Positions 48,937 to 59,313 are shown, counted from the first letter of the stretch. The stretch is DNA of 64,000 nt from an uncultured Actinomycetes bacterium (GCA_963813435.1 CAWEYY010000002.1:554793-618792), one strand, 5' to 3'. Translations and numbers: made by a program. The notes: generated by a model not told the origin, from the sequence alone.

Positions 48937-49323
48937 GTGATCAGGCTGATCGTCAGGACATTCATCGCGGTCGTCGCGAGCGCCGTCGGGCTGATCGTCG
49001 CCTCACTCGTCCTCGACGACTTCGACATCAACGCGTCGGGGTTCATCGGCGCGGTGATCATCTTCACGCTTGTGTACGTGCTCTTCACGCCGTTCCTGGC
49101 GAGCCAGTTCCGGCGGGCGAACTCGGCGGCCCTCGGCGGCGTGGCGCTGATCGCCACCCTGGCGGCGCTGATCATCACCGACCTGATCTCGGACGGCCTG
49201 AACATCAGCGGAGTCGGCACCTGGATCGCGTCGACGGTGATCGTCTGGGCCTGCATGGTCCTGGCAGCCTTCATCCTTCCGTACCTGGGACTCAAGAAGT
49301 ACCTCGAAGAGCGCCGCGACTGA
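48937..49323 (+). CDS. four-TM membrane protein (phage-holin-family-IV-like)
   Basis: 128 aa with four hydrophobic helices. Confidence 0.55.
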   Translation: MIRLIVRTFIAVVASAVGLIVASLVLDDFDINASGFIGAVIIFTLVYVLFTPFLASQFRRANSAALGGVALIATLAALIITDLISDGLNISGVGTWIASTVIVWACMVLAAFILPYLGLKKYLEERRD

Positions 49324-49339
49324 GCTCTAGACTCGGCGC

Positions 49340-52300
49340 GTGACCTGCCCGAGTTGCGGCGAGGAGCTTCCGGGGAAGTTCCCATTCTGCCCGTTCTGCG
49401 GCGCTGCGCTGGGCGAGGAGGAGCGCCGCGAGGAGCGGAAGGTGGTGAGCGTCCTCTTCGCGGATCTCGTCGGCTTCACCGCGCGGGCCGAACAACTCGA
49501 TCCGGAGGACGTGCGCGCGCTGCTCGACCCGTACCACGCCCATCTCCGCGAGGAGCTCGAGCGCTTCGAAGGAACGGTGGAGAAGTTCATCGGCGACGCG
49601 GTGATGGCGTTGTTCGGCGCGCCGGTCACGCACGAGGACGATCCGGAGCGGGCCGTGCGCGCGGCGCTCGAGATCCGCAACTGGGTCCTCGAGCAGGGCG
49701 AGGAGCTACAGGTGCGGATCGCGGTCAACACCGGCGAGGCGCTCGTCACCCTCGGTGCGCGGCCGAGCGAGGGCGAGGGTATGGCCGCCGGCGACGTCGT
49801 CAACACCGCCGCGCGGCTGCAGGCCGCCGCCGCGGTCAACGGGATCCTGGTCGGCGAGCAGACCTACCGCGCGACCGCCCACACGATCGAGTACCGCGAG
49901 GTGGAGCCGGTCGAGGGCAAGGGCAAGAGCGAGCCGATCCCGGCCTGGGAGGCGGTCGAGGCGCGCTCGCGTCTCGGCGTCGACATCTCGCGGCGGACGG
50001 ACACGCCGCTCGTCGGGCGCAATCGCGAGCTCGAGCTCCTGGTCTCGACGCTCGCGCGTGTTCGCGAGGAGCGCTCGTCCCAGCTCGTGACGCTCGTAGG
50101 GGTGCCCGGGATCGGAAAGAGCCGGCTCGTGCGCGAGCTGCTCGAGACCGTAAAGCAGAGCGTCGGACTCGTACGCTGGCGTCAGGGCCGCTCGCTGCCG
50201 TACGGCGAGGGCGTCACGTTCTGGGCGCTGGCCGAGATCGTCAAGGCCGAGGCCGGCATCCTCGAGAACGACACGGCGGCCCAGTCCGAGGAGAAGCTCC
50301 GAGACGCGCTCGCCAGGCGCGGGGCGGACCCCACGGAACGGCAGTGGCTCGAGCGCCATCTGCGGCCGCTCGCCGGAGCCGCTGAGGAGGAGCAGGGCGG
50401 CACGGAGGAGAGCGTTGCCGCGTGGCGCCGCTTCTTCGAGATCCTCGCCGAAGAGGACCCGCTCGTGCTCGTGTTCGAGGATCTCCATTGGGCCGACGAC
50501 GCCCTCCTCGACTTCGTCGACCAACTGGCCGAGCGGATCACAGGCGTGCCGCTGCTCGTGCTCGGCACCGCACGCCCGGAGCTGCTCCAGCGGCGGCCCG
50601 GCTGGGGCGGCGGCAAGGCGAACGCCCTCGCGATCTCGCTCTCGCCACTCTCGGACGAGGAGACCGCCCGTCTGATGCAGGCGCTGCTCGAACAGCCGCT
50701 GCTGGACGCGCGCACCCAGGAGACGCTCCTCGCACGGGCCGGGGGCAACCCGCTCTACGCCGAGCAGTACGCGCGCATGCTGCTCGAGCAGGGCAACCTC
50801 GAAGAGCTGCCGGACACCGTCCAGGGCATCATCGCCGCGCGCCTCGACGCGCTCGCCGAGGACGAGAAGCGGCTGCTCCAGGACGCGGCGGTCGTCGGCA
50901 AGGTCTTCTGGCTCGGCGCGCTCGCGGCCCTCGACGGCACCACGCGCCCTCAGGCCGACGATCTCCTCTTCGGGCTCGAGCGCAAGGAGTTCGTCCAGCG
51001 AGCACGCAGCTCGTCGGTTGCCGGGGAGAGCGAGTACGCCTTCCGCCACCTCCTGATCCGCGACATCGCCTACAGCCAGATCCCCCGGGCTACACGTGCC
51101 GAGAAGCACCGGCTCACGGCCGGCTGGATCGAATCGCTCGGACGGCCGGACGATCAGGCGGAGATGCTCGCGCACCACTACCTCGCGGCGCTCGAGCTGG
51201 CGACGGCGTCTGGGGCCGAGTCGACCGCACTTGGAGAGTCGGCCCGCCTTGCGTTGCGGGACGCGGGCGACCGGGCAGCTTCGCTTTTCGCGCGCGAGGC
51301 TGCCGAGCGGTTCTACGATGCCGCGCTCCGGCTCTGGCCGGAGGACGACATCGAGCGGGCCGAGCTCCTCTTCCGCCGGGCGGCTCCTGTCCCGATGCTC
51401 GACCCCGGGAATCCCGAGGGCCTCAAGGAGGCCGGAGACGCCCTGCTCGCGGCCGGCGACCGCGCGAAGGCCGGCGAGGCGGAAATGCTCGTCGGACAGA
51501 GCTACTGGTTCCAGGGCCGGCGGGACCTCGCCGACGAGCACGCCAAACGCGCCGCCGAGCTGGTCGCAGGGACACCAACGAGTCGCTCGAGCGTGTGGGT
51601 TCTTGCGAGGCGGGCGACCCTGGCAAGCCTCGGCGGCGACGAGCAGCTTTCGATCACGCTCGCGTCGCAGTCGTTGGCTCAGGCCGAGGAGCTCGGCTGG
51701 GCCGACGGCATCGTCCAGGCGCTGAGCCCGCGCGGGGTTTCACGCGTGAGCCTGGGCGACCGCGGTGGGCTCGAGGATCTGGAGCGAAGCGTCGAGATCG
51801 CCACGGCCGCGGGCGCGCTCGGCTCACTTTCCCGCGCATACAACAACCTGTCAGTCGCCCAGATGTTCCTCGGGGAGTTGGAGGACGCGTTCGACTCCCG
51901 GCTGCACGCGGCGCGGGTCGCCGAGCAGATCGGCTCCGCACTCGACGCCCGCTGGTTCCAGGGCGTGATGATCGAAGAGCCCTACCGTCGCGGCGACTGG
52001 GACGAGGCGCTGCGGAAGATCGACGAGTTTCTCGCCCCCGTCGAAGCGGGCTCTCCGCACTATGCCGCCTACCAGGCCTACGGAATCCGGGCCGAGATCC
52101 TGGTAGCGCGCGGCGACCAGGCCGGCGCCGTCCGCGCTGTCGAGACGACGCTCGAGCTCGGCCGAACGGCCGCCGACGTCCAGGCGCTCTTCTACGCGCT
52201 CGTGTCCTCCGCATACGTGTTCTCCATCGGATCCCAGCGCGACCGCGCCGTCTCCCTCGCCCGCGAGCTGCTCGAGCCCCTGAGTCGTGGAGTCGGTATG

Positions 52301-52639
52301 CAGGCCGCCGTGATCAACCTTGCCACGTTTGCATGCGCGGCCGTCCGGCTCGATCTCGGGCAGGAGCTGGTCGATGCGCTTGCCAGCCATCCCCAGACCC
52401 CGTGGAGCGACGAGGTTCGGGCGTACGTGCGCGGGGACTTCGCGGCCGCCGCCGAGATCCTGCAGCGCATCGGATCTCGACCGGACGAGGCGGAAGCCCG
52501 CCTCCGCGCCGCAGAGCAGCTCGTCGCCGAGGGCCGCCGCCCCGACGAGCAGCTGCAGCGGGCGCTCGAGCTCTACCGCCAGATGGGCGCCACGCACTAC
52601 CTCCGGGAGTGCGAGGCCCTCCTCCCCGCTTCGGCCTAG
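49340..52639 (+). CDS. zinc-ribbon, class III adenylate/guanylate cyclase, AAA/STAND ATPase and TPR-like protein
   Basis: 1099 aa. CPSCG...CPFCG ribbon, cyclase block VSVLFADLVGFT...GDAVMALFG, Walker A GVPGIGKS, then a long helical-repeat C-terminus. Confidence 0.85.
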   Translation: MTCPSCGEELPGKFPFCPFCGAALGEEERREERKVVSVLFADLVGFTARAEQLDPEDVRALLDPYHAHLREELERFEGTVEKFIGDAVMALFGAPVTHEDDPERAVRAALEIRNWVLEQGEELQVRIAVNTGEALVTLGARPSEGEGMAAGDVVNTAARLQAAAAVNGILVGEQTYRATAHTIEYREVEPVEGKGKSEPIPAWEAVEARSRLGVDISRRTDTPLVGRNRELELLVSTLARVREERSSQLVTLVGVPGIGKSRLVRELLETVKQSVGLVRWRQGRSLPYGEGVTFWALAEIVKAEAGILENDTAAQSEEKLRDALARRGADPTERQWLERHLRPLAGAAEEEQGGTEESVAAWRRFFEILAEEDPLVLVFEDLHWADDALLDFVDQLAERITGVPLLVLGTARPELLQRRPGWGGGKANALAISLSPLSDEETARLMQALLEQPLLDARTQETLLARAGGNPLYAEQYARMLLEQGNLEELPDTVQGIIAARLDALAEDEKRLLQDAAVVGKVFWLGALAALDGTTRPQADDLLFGLERKEFVQRARSSSVAGESEYAFRHLLIRDIAYSQIPRATRAEKHRLTAGWIESLGRPDDQAEMLAHHYLAALELATASGAESTALGESARLALRDAGDRAASLFAREAAERFYDAALRLWPEDDIERAELLFRRAAPVPMLDPGNPEGLKEAGDALLAAGDRAKAGEAEMLVGQSYWFQGRRDLADEHAKRAAELVAGTPTSRSSVWVLARRATLASLGGDEQLSITLASQSLAQAEELGWADGIVQALSPRGVSRVSLGDRGGLEDLERSVEIATAAGALGSLSRAYNNLSVAQMFLGELEDAFDSRLHAARVAEQIGSALDARWFQGVMIEEPYRRGDWDEALRKIDEFLAPVEAGSPHYAAYQAYGIRAEILVARGDQAGAVRAVETTLELGRTAADVQALFYALVSSAYVFSIGSQRDRAVSLARELLEPLSRGVGMQAAVINLATFACAAVRLDLGQELVDALASHPQTPWSDEVRAYVRGDFAAAAEILQRIGSRPDEAEARLRAAEQLVAEGRRPDEQLQRALELYRQMGATHYLRECEALLPASA

Positions 52640-52863
52640 ATCACGTCGACTGCGACGTTCGGGTGCATCAGCTGCCAGACGCGCAGTAGCAACTCGATCT
52701 CCTGCCGCGCGTGCCGCTCCTGGAGCCCCGCTGGGAGCTCGACGGCGAGACAGTCCTCCTCCTCCAACCGTCGCGCGGGCATCTCCCGTCGCTGGAAGAA
52801 GTCGAGCAGGTCGTCGGTCGCCTGCCCCTCGCTGAGGCGTAGCTGGATCTCCATTGGCCGCAT
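52636..52863 (-). CDS. small hypothetical protein
   Basis: 75-aa ORF; only the composition argues for it. Confidence 0.3.
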   Translation of the reverse strand: MRPMEIQLRLSEGQATDDLLDFFQRREMPARRLEEEDCLAVELPAGLQERHARQEIELLLRVWQLMHPNVAVDVI

Positions 52864-52959
52864 GGCGACGGGCCCGGAGCCGAGCCCGTCTCTTAGGGCT
52901 TCGACATCGGGAGCCGGCGTGGCCAGCCCTCAACTCAGGGACTCAGGAGCGGACTCGGG

Positions 52960-54219
52960 TTACGAGAGCGACGTGTCGAGGATCGTGAGACCGCGGTCGA
53001 GCTCTTCGTCGGTCGCGGTCAGCGGCGGCAGCAGCCGGATCACGTTCCCGTAGATCCCGCAGGCGATGAGCAGCAGGCCCTGCTCGTACGCCGCGGCGGT
53101 CAGCTTCTTCGCCTCGTCGCCAGAGGGTGTCGCGAACTCGAGGGCGAGCATCGACCCGAGGCCGCGAACCTCGCCGATCTGCGGGTGGTCGGTCGCGATG
53201 CGATCGAGCCTGACGCGCACGAGGCGGCCGATCTCGTCTGCTCGCTCGCGGAACTCCGCCGATGCGAGCGTATCGAGGACGGCGCAGGCCGCAGCGGCAG
53301 CGACGGGGTTCCCGCCGAAGGTTCCGCCGAGCCCGCCGGGGTGCGGTGCGTCCATCACCTCGGCCTTGCCCGTGACGGCTGCGAGCGGCAGGCCGCCGCC
53401 GAGCGTCTTCCCCGAGGTCATGAGGTCGGGCTCGACGCCGAGGCGCTCGATCGCCCAGACCGTGCCGGTCCGGCCGCAGCCCGACTGCACCTCGTCGGCG
53501 ACGTAGAGGATCCCGTGCTTCTCGCAGATCTCCTTGAGGCCCTGCACGAACTCGGCCGGCATCGCGATGAACCCGCCCTCGCCCTGCACGGTCTCGAGCA
53601 CCATGCACGCGACCGACTGCGGGTCGACGTCCTGCTTGAAGAGGAGCTCGAGGCCGGCGAGCGCGTCCTCGGTCGTGACGCCGCGGTACGGGTACGGCGC
53701 AGGCGCGCGGTAAATCTCGGGCGCAAGCGGCCCAAAGCTCTGCTTGTAGACGAGTTTCGCCGTCATCGCCATGGTCAGGTTCGTGCGTCCGTGGAAAGCG
53801 CGGTCGAAGGCGATCACGGCGGGCCGGCCGGTGGAGGCGCGCGCGATCTTGACCGCGTTCTCGACGGCCTCGGCGCCCGAGTTGACGAGCATCGATTTCG
53901 TCGCAGACTCGCCGGGCCAGAGGTCGTCGAGCCGCCGGCAGACCTCCACGTACGGCTCGTACATGCCGACCATGAAGCACTGGTGCAGGTAGTTGTCGAC
54001 CTGCTCGTGGATCGCGCGGACGATCGTCTCCGGGCTGTGGCCCAGGTTCTGGCAGGCGATCCCGCCTGCGAAGTCGAGGAACTCGTTGCCCTCGCCGTCC
54101 CAGACGCTCGCACCCTCGGCGCGGCTGACGACGAAATCGGTCGTCGCGATCCCGCGCGGGACGAAGCGCTCGCGCTGTGCGCGAACGTCCACGCCCTGGA
54201 CTGGCTGCGTCTCCATCAT
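52960..54219 (-). CDS. gabT: 4-aminobutyrate aminotransferase (class III PLP)
   Basis: DEVQSGCGRTG and SGKTLGGGLP motifs. Start set at MMETQP; the track ORF extends to 54285. Confidence 0.9.
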   Translation of the reverse strand: MMETQPVQGVDVRAQRERFVPRGIATTDFVVSRAEGASVWDGEGNEFLDFAGGIACQNLGHSPETIVRAIHEQVDNYLHQCFMVGMYEPYVEVCRRLDDLWPGESATKSMLVNSGAEAVENAVKIARASTGRPAVIAFDRAFHGRTNLTMAMTAKLVYKQSFGPLAPEIYRAPAPYPYRGVTTEDALAGLELLFKQDVDPQSVACMVLETVQGEGGFIAMPAEFVQGLKEICEKHGILYVADEVQSGCGRTGTVWAIERLGVEPDLMTSGKTLGGGLPLAAVTGKAEVMDAPHPGGLGGTFGGNPVAAAAACAVLDTLASAEFRERADEIGRLVRVRLDRIATDHPQIGEVRGLGSMLALEFATPSGDEAKKLTAAAYEQGLLLIACGIYGNVIRLLPPLTATDEELDRGLTILDTSLS

Positions 54220-54242
54220 CCCGAACAGTAGAAGATGCGGCC

Positions 54243-55160
54243 GTGTCCGGGCTATTGAAGCGCGCGATCCTCGTCGGCGCGACAAACGGCGCGGTCACCT
54301 CGTTCGTCGAGAGACACGGGATGCGGCTCGGCGCCGCGCGGTTCGTCGCGGGTGAGACGCTTGACGAGTGCGTCGTCGCCCTGCGGCGGCTGAACGACCA
54401 GGGTCTCCGGGCGAATACCACCCTGCTCGGTGAGGACACGACCGACGCGGAGGGCGCGCGGGCCGTCGTCACCGCCTACGAGGACGTCTTCGACCGGATC
54501 GCCGCCGAGGAACTGCGCGCGAACGTCGCCCTGAAACTCACCCACCTAGGTCTCGGCCTCGGCGAGGACGTCGCATTCGAGAACGTCGCGCGGGTGGTCG
54601 ACCACGCGGCGGGCCACGGCAACTTCGTCCGGATCGACATGGAGCGCTCGGACGTCCTCGAGCCCACGTTGCGGATCTACCGCCGCCTGCGCGAGACCCG
54701 CGACAACGTCGGCTGCGTCCTCCAGTCGTACCTCTACCGCACGCCTCACGACCTCGAGCAACTGCTGCCGCTCGAGCCGAACATCCGTCTGGTCAAGGGC
54801 GCCTACCTCGAGCCGCCAGAGATCGCGTACCCGCAGAAGGACGACGTCGACTCCGCCTACGTCCGCCTGCTCGAGGAGGGGCTGCGGCGAGCGGGGCACG
54901 TCGCCGTCGCGACGCACGACGACAAGCTGATCGAGCACACGATCCGCTTCGCGGAGCGCGAGAGCATCCCGCGAGAACGCTTCGAGTTCCAGATGCTTTA
55001 CGGCGTCCGCACGCAGCTCCAGCTCGACCTCGTCGCCCGCGGCTACGACGTCCTGGTCGCCACGCCGTATGGCCCGGCCTGGTACCCGTACCTGATGCGC
55101 CGCCTGGCCGAGCGCCCGGCGAACCTCCTGTTCGTCCTGCAGAACCTCACGCGGCGCTAG
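54243..55160 (+). CDS. proline dehydrogenase
   Basis: PRODH blocks LKLTHLG, VRIDME, VLQSYLYR, RLVKGAY and FQMLYGV. The start is uncertain (GTG 54243; the track gives 54177). Confidence 0.85.
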   Translation: MSGLLKRAILVGATNGAVTSFVERHGMRLGAARFVAGETLDECVVALRRLNDQGLRANTTLLGEDTTDAEGARAVVTAYEDVFDRIAAEELRANVALKLTHLGLGLGEDVAFENVARVVDHAAGHGNFVRIDMERSDVLEPTLRIYRRLRETRDNVGCVLQSYLYRTPHDLEQLLPLEPNIRLVKGAYLEPPEIAYPQKDDVDSAYVRLLEEGLRRAGHVAVATHDDKLIEHTIRFAERESIPRERFEFQMLYGVRTQLQLDLVARGYDVLVATPYGPAWYPYLMRRLAERPANLLFVLQNLTRR

Positions 55161-55237
55161 CGTCTCCGTAATTCACCGAACTGCGGTCAGGCCTGTCACG
55201 GATGCCCACAGGCGCCCGCGCCTTCAACCTCGTGGAC

Positions 55238-55726
55238 ATGCAGCGGAGCCGGCGGCGTTCCTGGAAGCGATGGCTTCTGTACGGCCTCGGCGGACTCGTT
55301 GCGCTGTTCGTGCTCATCCAGGCGATCCCCTACGGGCGCGACCACCCGAACCCGCCCGTGCTCAAGGAGCCCGCCTGGGACTCGCCGCAAACACGTGCCT
55401 TCGCGGTCGACGCCTGCTTCGACTGTCACAGCAACCAGACGAAGTGGCCCTGGTACACGAACATCGCGCCGGTTTCGTGGCTGACCGAGAGCGACGTCAA
55501 GAGTGGTCGCTCGTCACTCAACTTCTCCGAGTGGAACCGGCCCCAGGACACGAGCATCGGAGACATCGTCGAGGCCGTGCAAGGCGGCTCGATGCCGCCT
55601 GCCTACTACGCGTGGATGCCCAACCACCCCGGGGCGAAGCTCTCGAAGAGCGAGAAGGCGGCCTTCATCCGGGGTCTCGAGGCGACATTCAAGGCATCGC
55701 CTCCGATCGGTGGCGGAGGCGGCTGA
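55238..55726 (+). CDS. membrane-anchored haem-binding (Haem_bd-type) protein
   Basis: CFDCHSNQTKWPWYTNIAPVSWL motif and an N-terminal TM helix. Start set at MQRSRRR. Confidence 0.7.
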   Translation: MQRSRRRSWKRWLLYGLGGLVALFVLIQAIPYGRDHPNPPVLKEPAWDSPQTRAFAVDACFDCHSNQTKWPWYTNIAPVSWLTESDVKSGRSSLNFSEWNRPQDTSIGDIVEAVQGGSMPPAYYAWMPNHPGAKLSKSEKAAFIRGLEATFKASPPIGGGGG

Positions 55727-55727
55727 G

Positions 55728-56762
55728 CTAGCTCCCCGGGAACTGGCCCAGGGTGACCTTCGCGGTCGACGTGGAGCCGTCCTGGTGCCTGAGCGCCACC
55801 TTCACGGTCTGGCCCGGCTTCAATCCGGCAAGCACGGTGCCGAGGGCGTCCGCAGTCGGCGTCGCGGTGCCGTTGACCGCGGTGATCAGGTCGCCGGTCT
55901 TCAGCCCCGCCTTCGCGGCGGGTGACCCGGCCGAGACGGAGCTGACGTAGACGCCCTGCCCGGTGTCGCTGATCGTGATGCCGAGGTACGCGCGGCGCGA
56001 GTTCACGACGTGCCCGTACTTCACGATCTGGCCGGCGATGTCGGAGACGACGCTGCTCGGGATCGCGAAGCCGATCCCCGCGGCCGCGCCGCCGAGCTGC
56101 GGGTCGCCGGCGGCTAGCGTCGGGATCCCGATCACCCGGCCCGAGATGTCGACGAGCGCACCGCCCGAGTTGCCGGGGTTGATCGGGGCGCTCGTCTGGA
56201 TCGTGTTCGGCAGCGTGACGCCGTTCCCCTCGGAGGACGTGCGGTGGAGCGCGCTGACGATCCCCTGCGTGACGCTCGAGCTGAGCCCGAGCGGGTTGCC
56301 GATCGCCATCGCGATGTCCCCCACGCGCAGCTTCGCTGAGTTGGCGAACTCGGCCGGGCCGAGTCCGAGGTTGTCGACCTTGATCACCGCGAGGTCGTCC
56401 GCCGGGAACGTCCCGACGAGCTTCCCCTGGAGGCGCTTGCCGCCCGAGGTTGTGACCGTGAACGTCTTCGAGCTGCCGACGACATGGTTGTTGGTGACGA
56501 TGTCGCCGTCGGCGTCGAAGACGACCCCGGAGCCGAGGCCCTCCGAGGTCTGGATCTGCACGACCGACGGCGAGACGTGCCTGTACACGTCGACGAATGT
56601 CTGCTGCAGCGCGGCCGCGACGGTAGAGCTCGGTGTGGAAGATTGCGGCGACGCAGAGACCGTGACCGTGGTCGTAGCGGCCTTCTTCCCACAGCCGACT
56701 ACAAGGAGAGCCGTCGCGGCGAGCACCGCACAGAGCGCAGCCGACATGATTTTCGGCGTCAC
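55728..56762 (-). CDS. HtrA/DegP-like serine protease with a PDZ domain (lipoprotein signal)
   Basis: 344 aa. LVVGC lipobox, triad blocks TNNHVV, DLAVIKV and GNSGGAL, and a C-terminal PDZ domain. Confidence 0.85.
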   Translation of the reverse strand: MTPKIMSAALCAVLAATALLVVGCGKKAATTTVTVSASPQSSTPSSTVAAALQQTFVDVYRHVSPSVVQIQTSEGLGSGVVFDADGDIVTNNHVVGSSKTFTVTTSGGKRLQGKLVGTFPADDLAVIKVDNLGLGPAEFANSAKLRVGDIAMAIGNPLGLSSSVTQGIVSALHRTSSEGNGVTLPNTIQTSAPINPGNSGGALVDISGRVIGIPTLAAGDPQLGGAAAGIGFAIPSSVVSDIAGQIVKYGHVVNSRRAYLGITISDTGQGVYVSSVSAGSPAAKAGLKTGDLITAVNGTATPTADALGTVLAGLKPGQTVKVALRHQDGSTSTAKVTLGQFPGS

Positions 56763-56780
56763 TGCACTCAGCTTTGCAGC

Positions 56781-57758
56781 TCAGCCGTTGTCGGTGAACG
56801 AGGGTCCGAGTGGGATCAGCTCCTCGAGCTCGTCGAGCGCCCCGGTCAGGTCGAGCTCCGCAGCCTGTGCGTTCTCTTCCATGTGGCCGCCGTTGCGGCT
56901 GCCCGCGATCGCCGCAGTTACGCCCGGCTGGTGCAGAACCCATGCGATTGCGACCTGAGCGACGGTCGCTCCGAGCCGCTCGGCGATCGGGCGCAGGGCG
57001 TTCGCGACCGCAAAGCTCCGCTCGACCTTGCCCGGGCCGAGAAGGCGCTTGAAGAACGCCGACTCGATCCAGGGGCCGGTCCACACGGCGAGCACCTCTT
57101 CGGGGGTCTTCCCGCTCAGGATCCCGCTCGCGAGCGGCTCGAAGATCGTGACCGCGATTCCGAGCTCGCCGCAGCTTGCGCCGTACGGCCGGTCATCGAC
57201 GTAGTCGATCAGGTTCAACCCGACCTGGACGACGTCGACCGGGCGCTGAGCATGGCAGCGCTCGACGTCGGCGAGCTGGTAGTTAGACATCCCGATGGCG
57301 CGTACCAGTCCCTGCTCGACGAGCTCGGCCATGGCGCCCCAGGTCTCCTCGAGCGGCACCTCGCCGGTCCGATCCGGCCAGTGCAGGAAGTAGACGTCGA
57401 TCTGCTCGCGTCCGAGCCGCTGCAGGCTCTGACGACAGGCCCGGTGCACCTGTTCGCGGCGAAAGCCGCTCCCGCCGCCCGTGATCCCACCGCCCGGCGC
57501 CGCCTTGGAGGCAACGAGGAAGTCGGAAGGGGCGCTCGCGAGCGCTTCCCCGATGACCGCCTCGTTCCGCGTCGCCAGGTAGTTCTCGGAGGTGTCGAGC
57601 CAGTTGACGCCGGCCTCGATCGCGCTCGCGATGACGTGTGCCGCCCGCTCGGGATCCGGCACCTCCTCCGGCTCGGGCCCGAGCTCGTAGCCGCCGAGGC
57701 CAATGCGGGAGAGCGAGACCCCGCTGGAGCCCAGCGGGCGAAGCTCCATCCCGCTCAC
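56781..57758 (-). CDS. aldo/keto reductase
   Basis: 325 aa. AKR blocks LGGYELG, DTSENY and the MSNY region. GTGA overlap with the pobA stop. Confidence 0.85.
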   Translation of the reverse strand: MSGMELRPLGSSGVSLSRIGLGGYELGPEPEEVPDPERAAHVIASAIEAGVNWLDTSENYLATRNEAVIGEALASAPSDFLVASKAAPGGGITGGGSGFRREQVHRACRQSLQRLGREQIDVYFLHWPDRTGEVPLEETWGAMAELVEQGLVRAIGMSNYQLADVERCHAQRPVDVVQVGLNLIDYVDDRPYGASCGELGIAVTIFEPLASGILSGKTPEEVLAVWTGPWIESAFFKRLLGPGKVERSFAVANALRPIAERLGATVAQVAIAWVLHQPGVTAAIAGSRNGGHMEENAQAAELDLTGALDELEELIPLGPSFTDNG

Positions 57759-58936
57759 TCGAGCTCAAGTCCGACGTAGTTCTCGGCCAGGCTCGCGGCG
57801 GCCTCGCGTGAGGTCGCCACGTAGCGCAGCTGCGAGAGCTGGAGCTTCAGGTCGAACGCATCCCCGCCAGGGATGCGGTGGAGCATCGACGTCATCCACC
57901 ACGAGAAGTGCTCGGCCCGCCACACGCGGCGCAGGCAGGTGTCCGAGTAGAGCTCGAGCAGGTTCGCATCGCCCGTCTCGTACCAATGGACGAGCGCCTC
58001 GGCGAGCACCCGGATGTCGGCGATCGCGAGGTTGAGGCCCTTGGCGCCGGTCGGTGGGACGATGTGCGCGGCGTCGCCTGCCAGGAACAGCCGGCCGAAC
58101 TGCATCGGCTCGACGACGAAGCTGCGCATTCCGGTCACGCCCTTCTCGAGGATCGGGCCCTCCTCCAGCGTCCAGCCCTCGATGCCGAGGCGCTTCTGCA
58201 GCTCGGCCCAGATCTGCTCGTCCGACCACCCGTCGATGTCCTCGTCGGGCTCGCACTGGATGTAGAGACGGCTCAGGCTTGGTGAGCGCAGGCTCAGCAG
58301 CGCGAAACCGCTCTCGTTGTGCGCGTAGACCAGCTCGTCGCTCGACGGCGCGACCTCGGCGAGGATGCCGAGCCAGCCGAACGGATAGTCACGCGCGAAC
58401 GACTCGAGCACGCCCTCCGGAATGCTCGGGCGGCAGACGCCGTGGTAGCCGTCGCAGCCGGCGATCACGTCGCACTCGAGCTCGAGCCGCTCGCCGTCGT
58501 GGGAGAAGCGGATCCGCGGTTGCTCGGTGTCGAGCTCGTGGACGCTGACGTCGTCGACCTCGAAGAGCAGGGGCAGCTCGCTCTCGATCCGCGCGGCGAT
58601 CAGATCCTTGACGACCTCGGTCTGGCCGTAGATGACGATCGTCCGGCCGTCGGCGAGCTCGCTGAGCGGGATCCGGTGCCGCTCGCCGTCGAACTGGAGC
58701 TCGATCCCGTGGTGGACGATCCCCTCCTCGTGGAGGCGTCCGCCGACCCCCGCCTCGGTGAGCAGCTCGACCGTTCGCTGCTCGAGGACGCCCGCGCGGA
58801 CGCGGTGCTCGACGTAGTCGCGGCTGCGGTTCTCGAGCACGACCGATTCGATCCCGGCCCGCTCGAGGAGTCGCGCGAGCGTCAGCCCGGCCGGCCCGGC
58901 TCCGACGATGCCGACCTGCGTGCGGAGCGTCTTCAC
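57755..58936 (-). CDS. pobA: 4-hydroxybenzoate 3-monooxygenase
   Basis: 393 aa from VKTLRTQVGIVGAGPAGL, with GDAAHIVPPTGAKGLN. GTG in a GTGA overlap with pcaC. Split out of track ORF 57755-59320. Confidence 0.9.
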   Translation of the reverse strand: MKTLRTQVGIVGAGPAGLTLARLLERAGIESVVLENRSRDYVEHRVRAGVLEQRTVELLTEAGVGGRLHEEGIVHHGIELQFDGERHRIPLSELADGRTIVIYGQTEVVKDLIAARIESELPLLFEVDDVSVHELDTEQPRIRFSHDGERLELECDVIAGCDGYHGVCRPSIPEGVLESFARDYPFGWLGILAEVAPSSDELVYAHNESGFALLSLRSPSLSRLYIQCEPDEDIDGWSDEQIWAELQKRLGIEGWTLEEGPILEKGVTGMRSFVVEPMQFGRLFLAGDAAHIVPPTGAKGLNLAIADIRVLAEALVHWYETGDANLLELYSDTCLRRVWRAEHFSWWMTSMLHRIPGGDAFDLKLQLSQLRYVATSREAAASLAENYVGLELE

Positions 58937-59313
58937 TCCCCGTCGCCGGAGCCCGCGACCTCCTGGAAGACCGCGAACGCGCTGTTGGCCGCAGGGACGC
59001 CGCAGTAGACGGCCGTCTGGAGGAGGACCTCCTTGATCTCGTCGAGCGTGAGGCCGTTCCTCCGCGCCGCGCGGATGTGCATGCCGAGCTCGTCGAAGCG
59101 GCCGAGCGCCACGAGCGCGGTCAGCGTGATGCAGCTGCGCGTTTTGCGGTCGAGGCCCTCGCGCGCCCAGATCTCGCCCCAGGCGTAGCGCGTGATGAAG
59201 TCCTGGAAGTCGCGCGTCAGGTCGGTCGTGCGCTCGACCGCGCGGTCGACGTGCTCGTCGCCGAGCACCTCGCGCCGGATCTTCATGCCACGCTCGTAGG
59301 TTTCGTCGCTCAT
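58933..59313 (-). CDS. pcaC: 4-carboxymuconolactone decarboxylase
   Basis: 126 aa, carboxymuconolactone decarboxylase family pattern (YAWGEIWAREGLD...TAVYCGVPAA). Confidence 0.9.
   Translation of the reverse strand: MSDETYERGMKIRREVLGDEHVDRAVERTTDLTRDFQDFITRYAWGEIWAREGLDRKTRSCITLTALVALGRFDELGMHIRAARRNGLTLDEIKEVLLQTAVYCGVPAANSAFAVFQEVAGSGDGE

Noticed and set aside
52864-52959. A 96-nt spacer between gabT and the small ORF at 52636-52863, nearly the same length as the 97-nt elements.
   Set aside because: It lacks the GTCGACAC core, the GAGACGAC start and the long GGCCGG hairpin. Only the length is similar.
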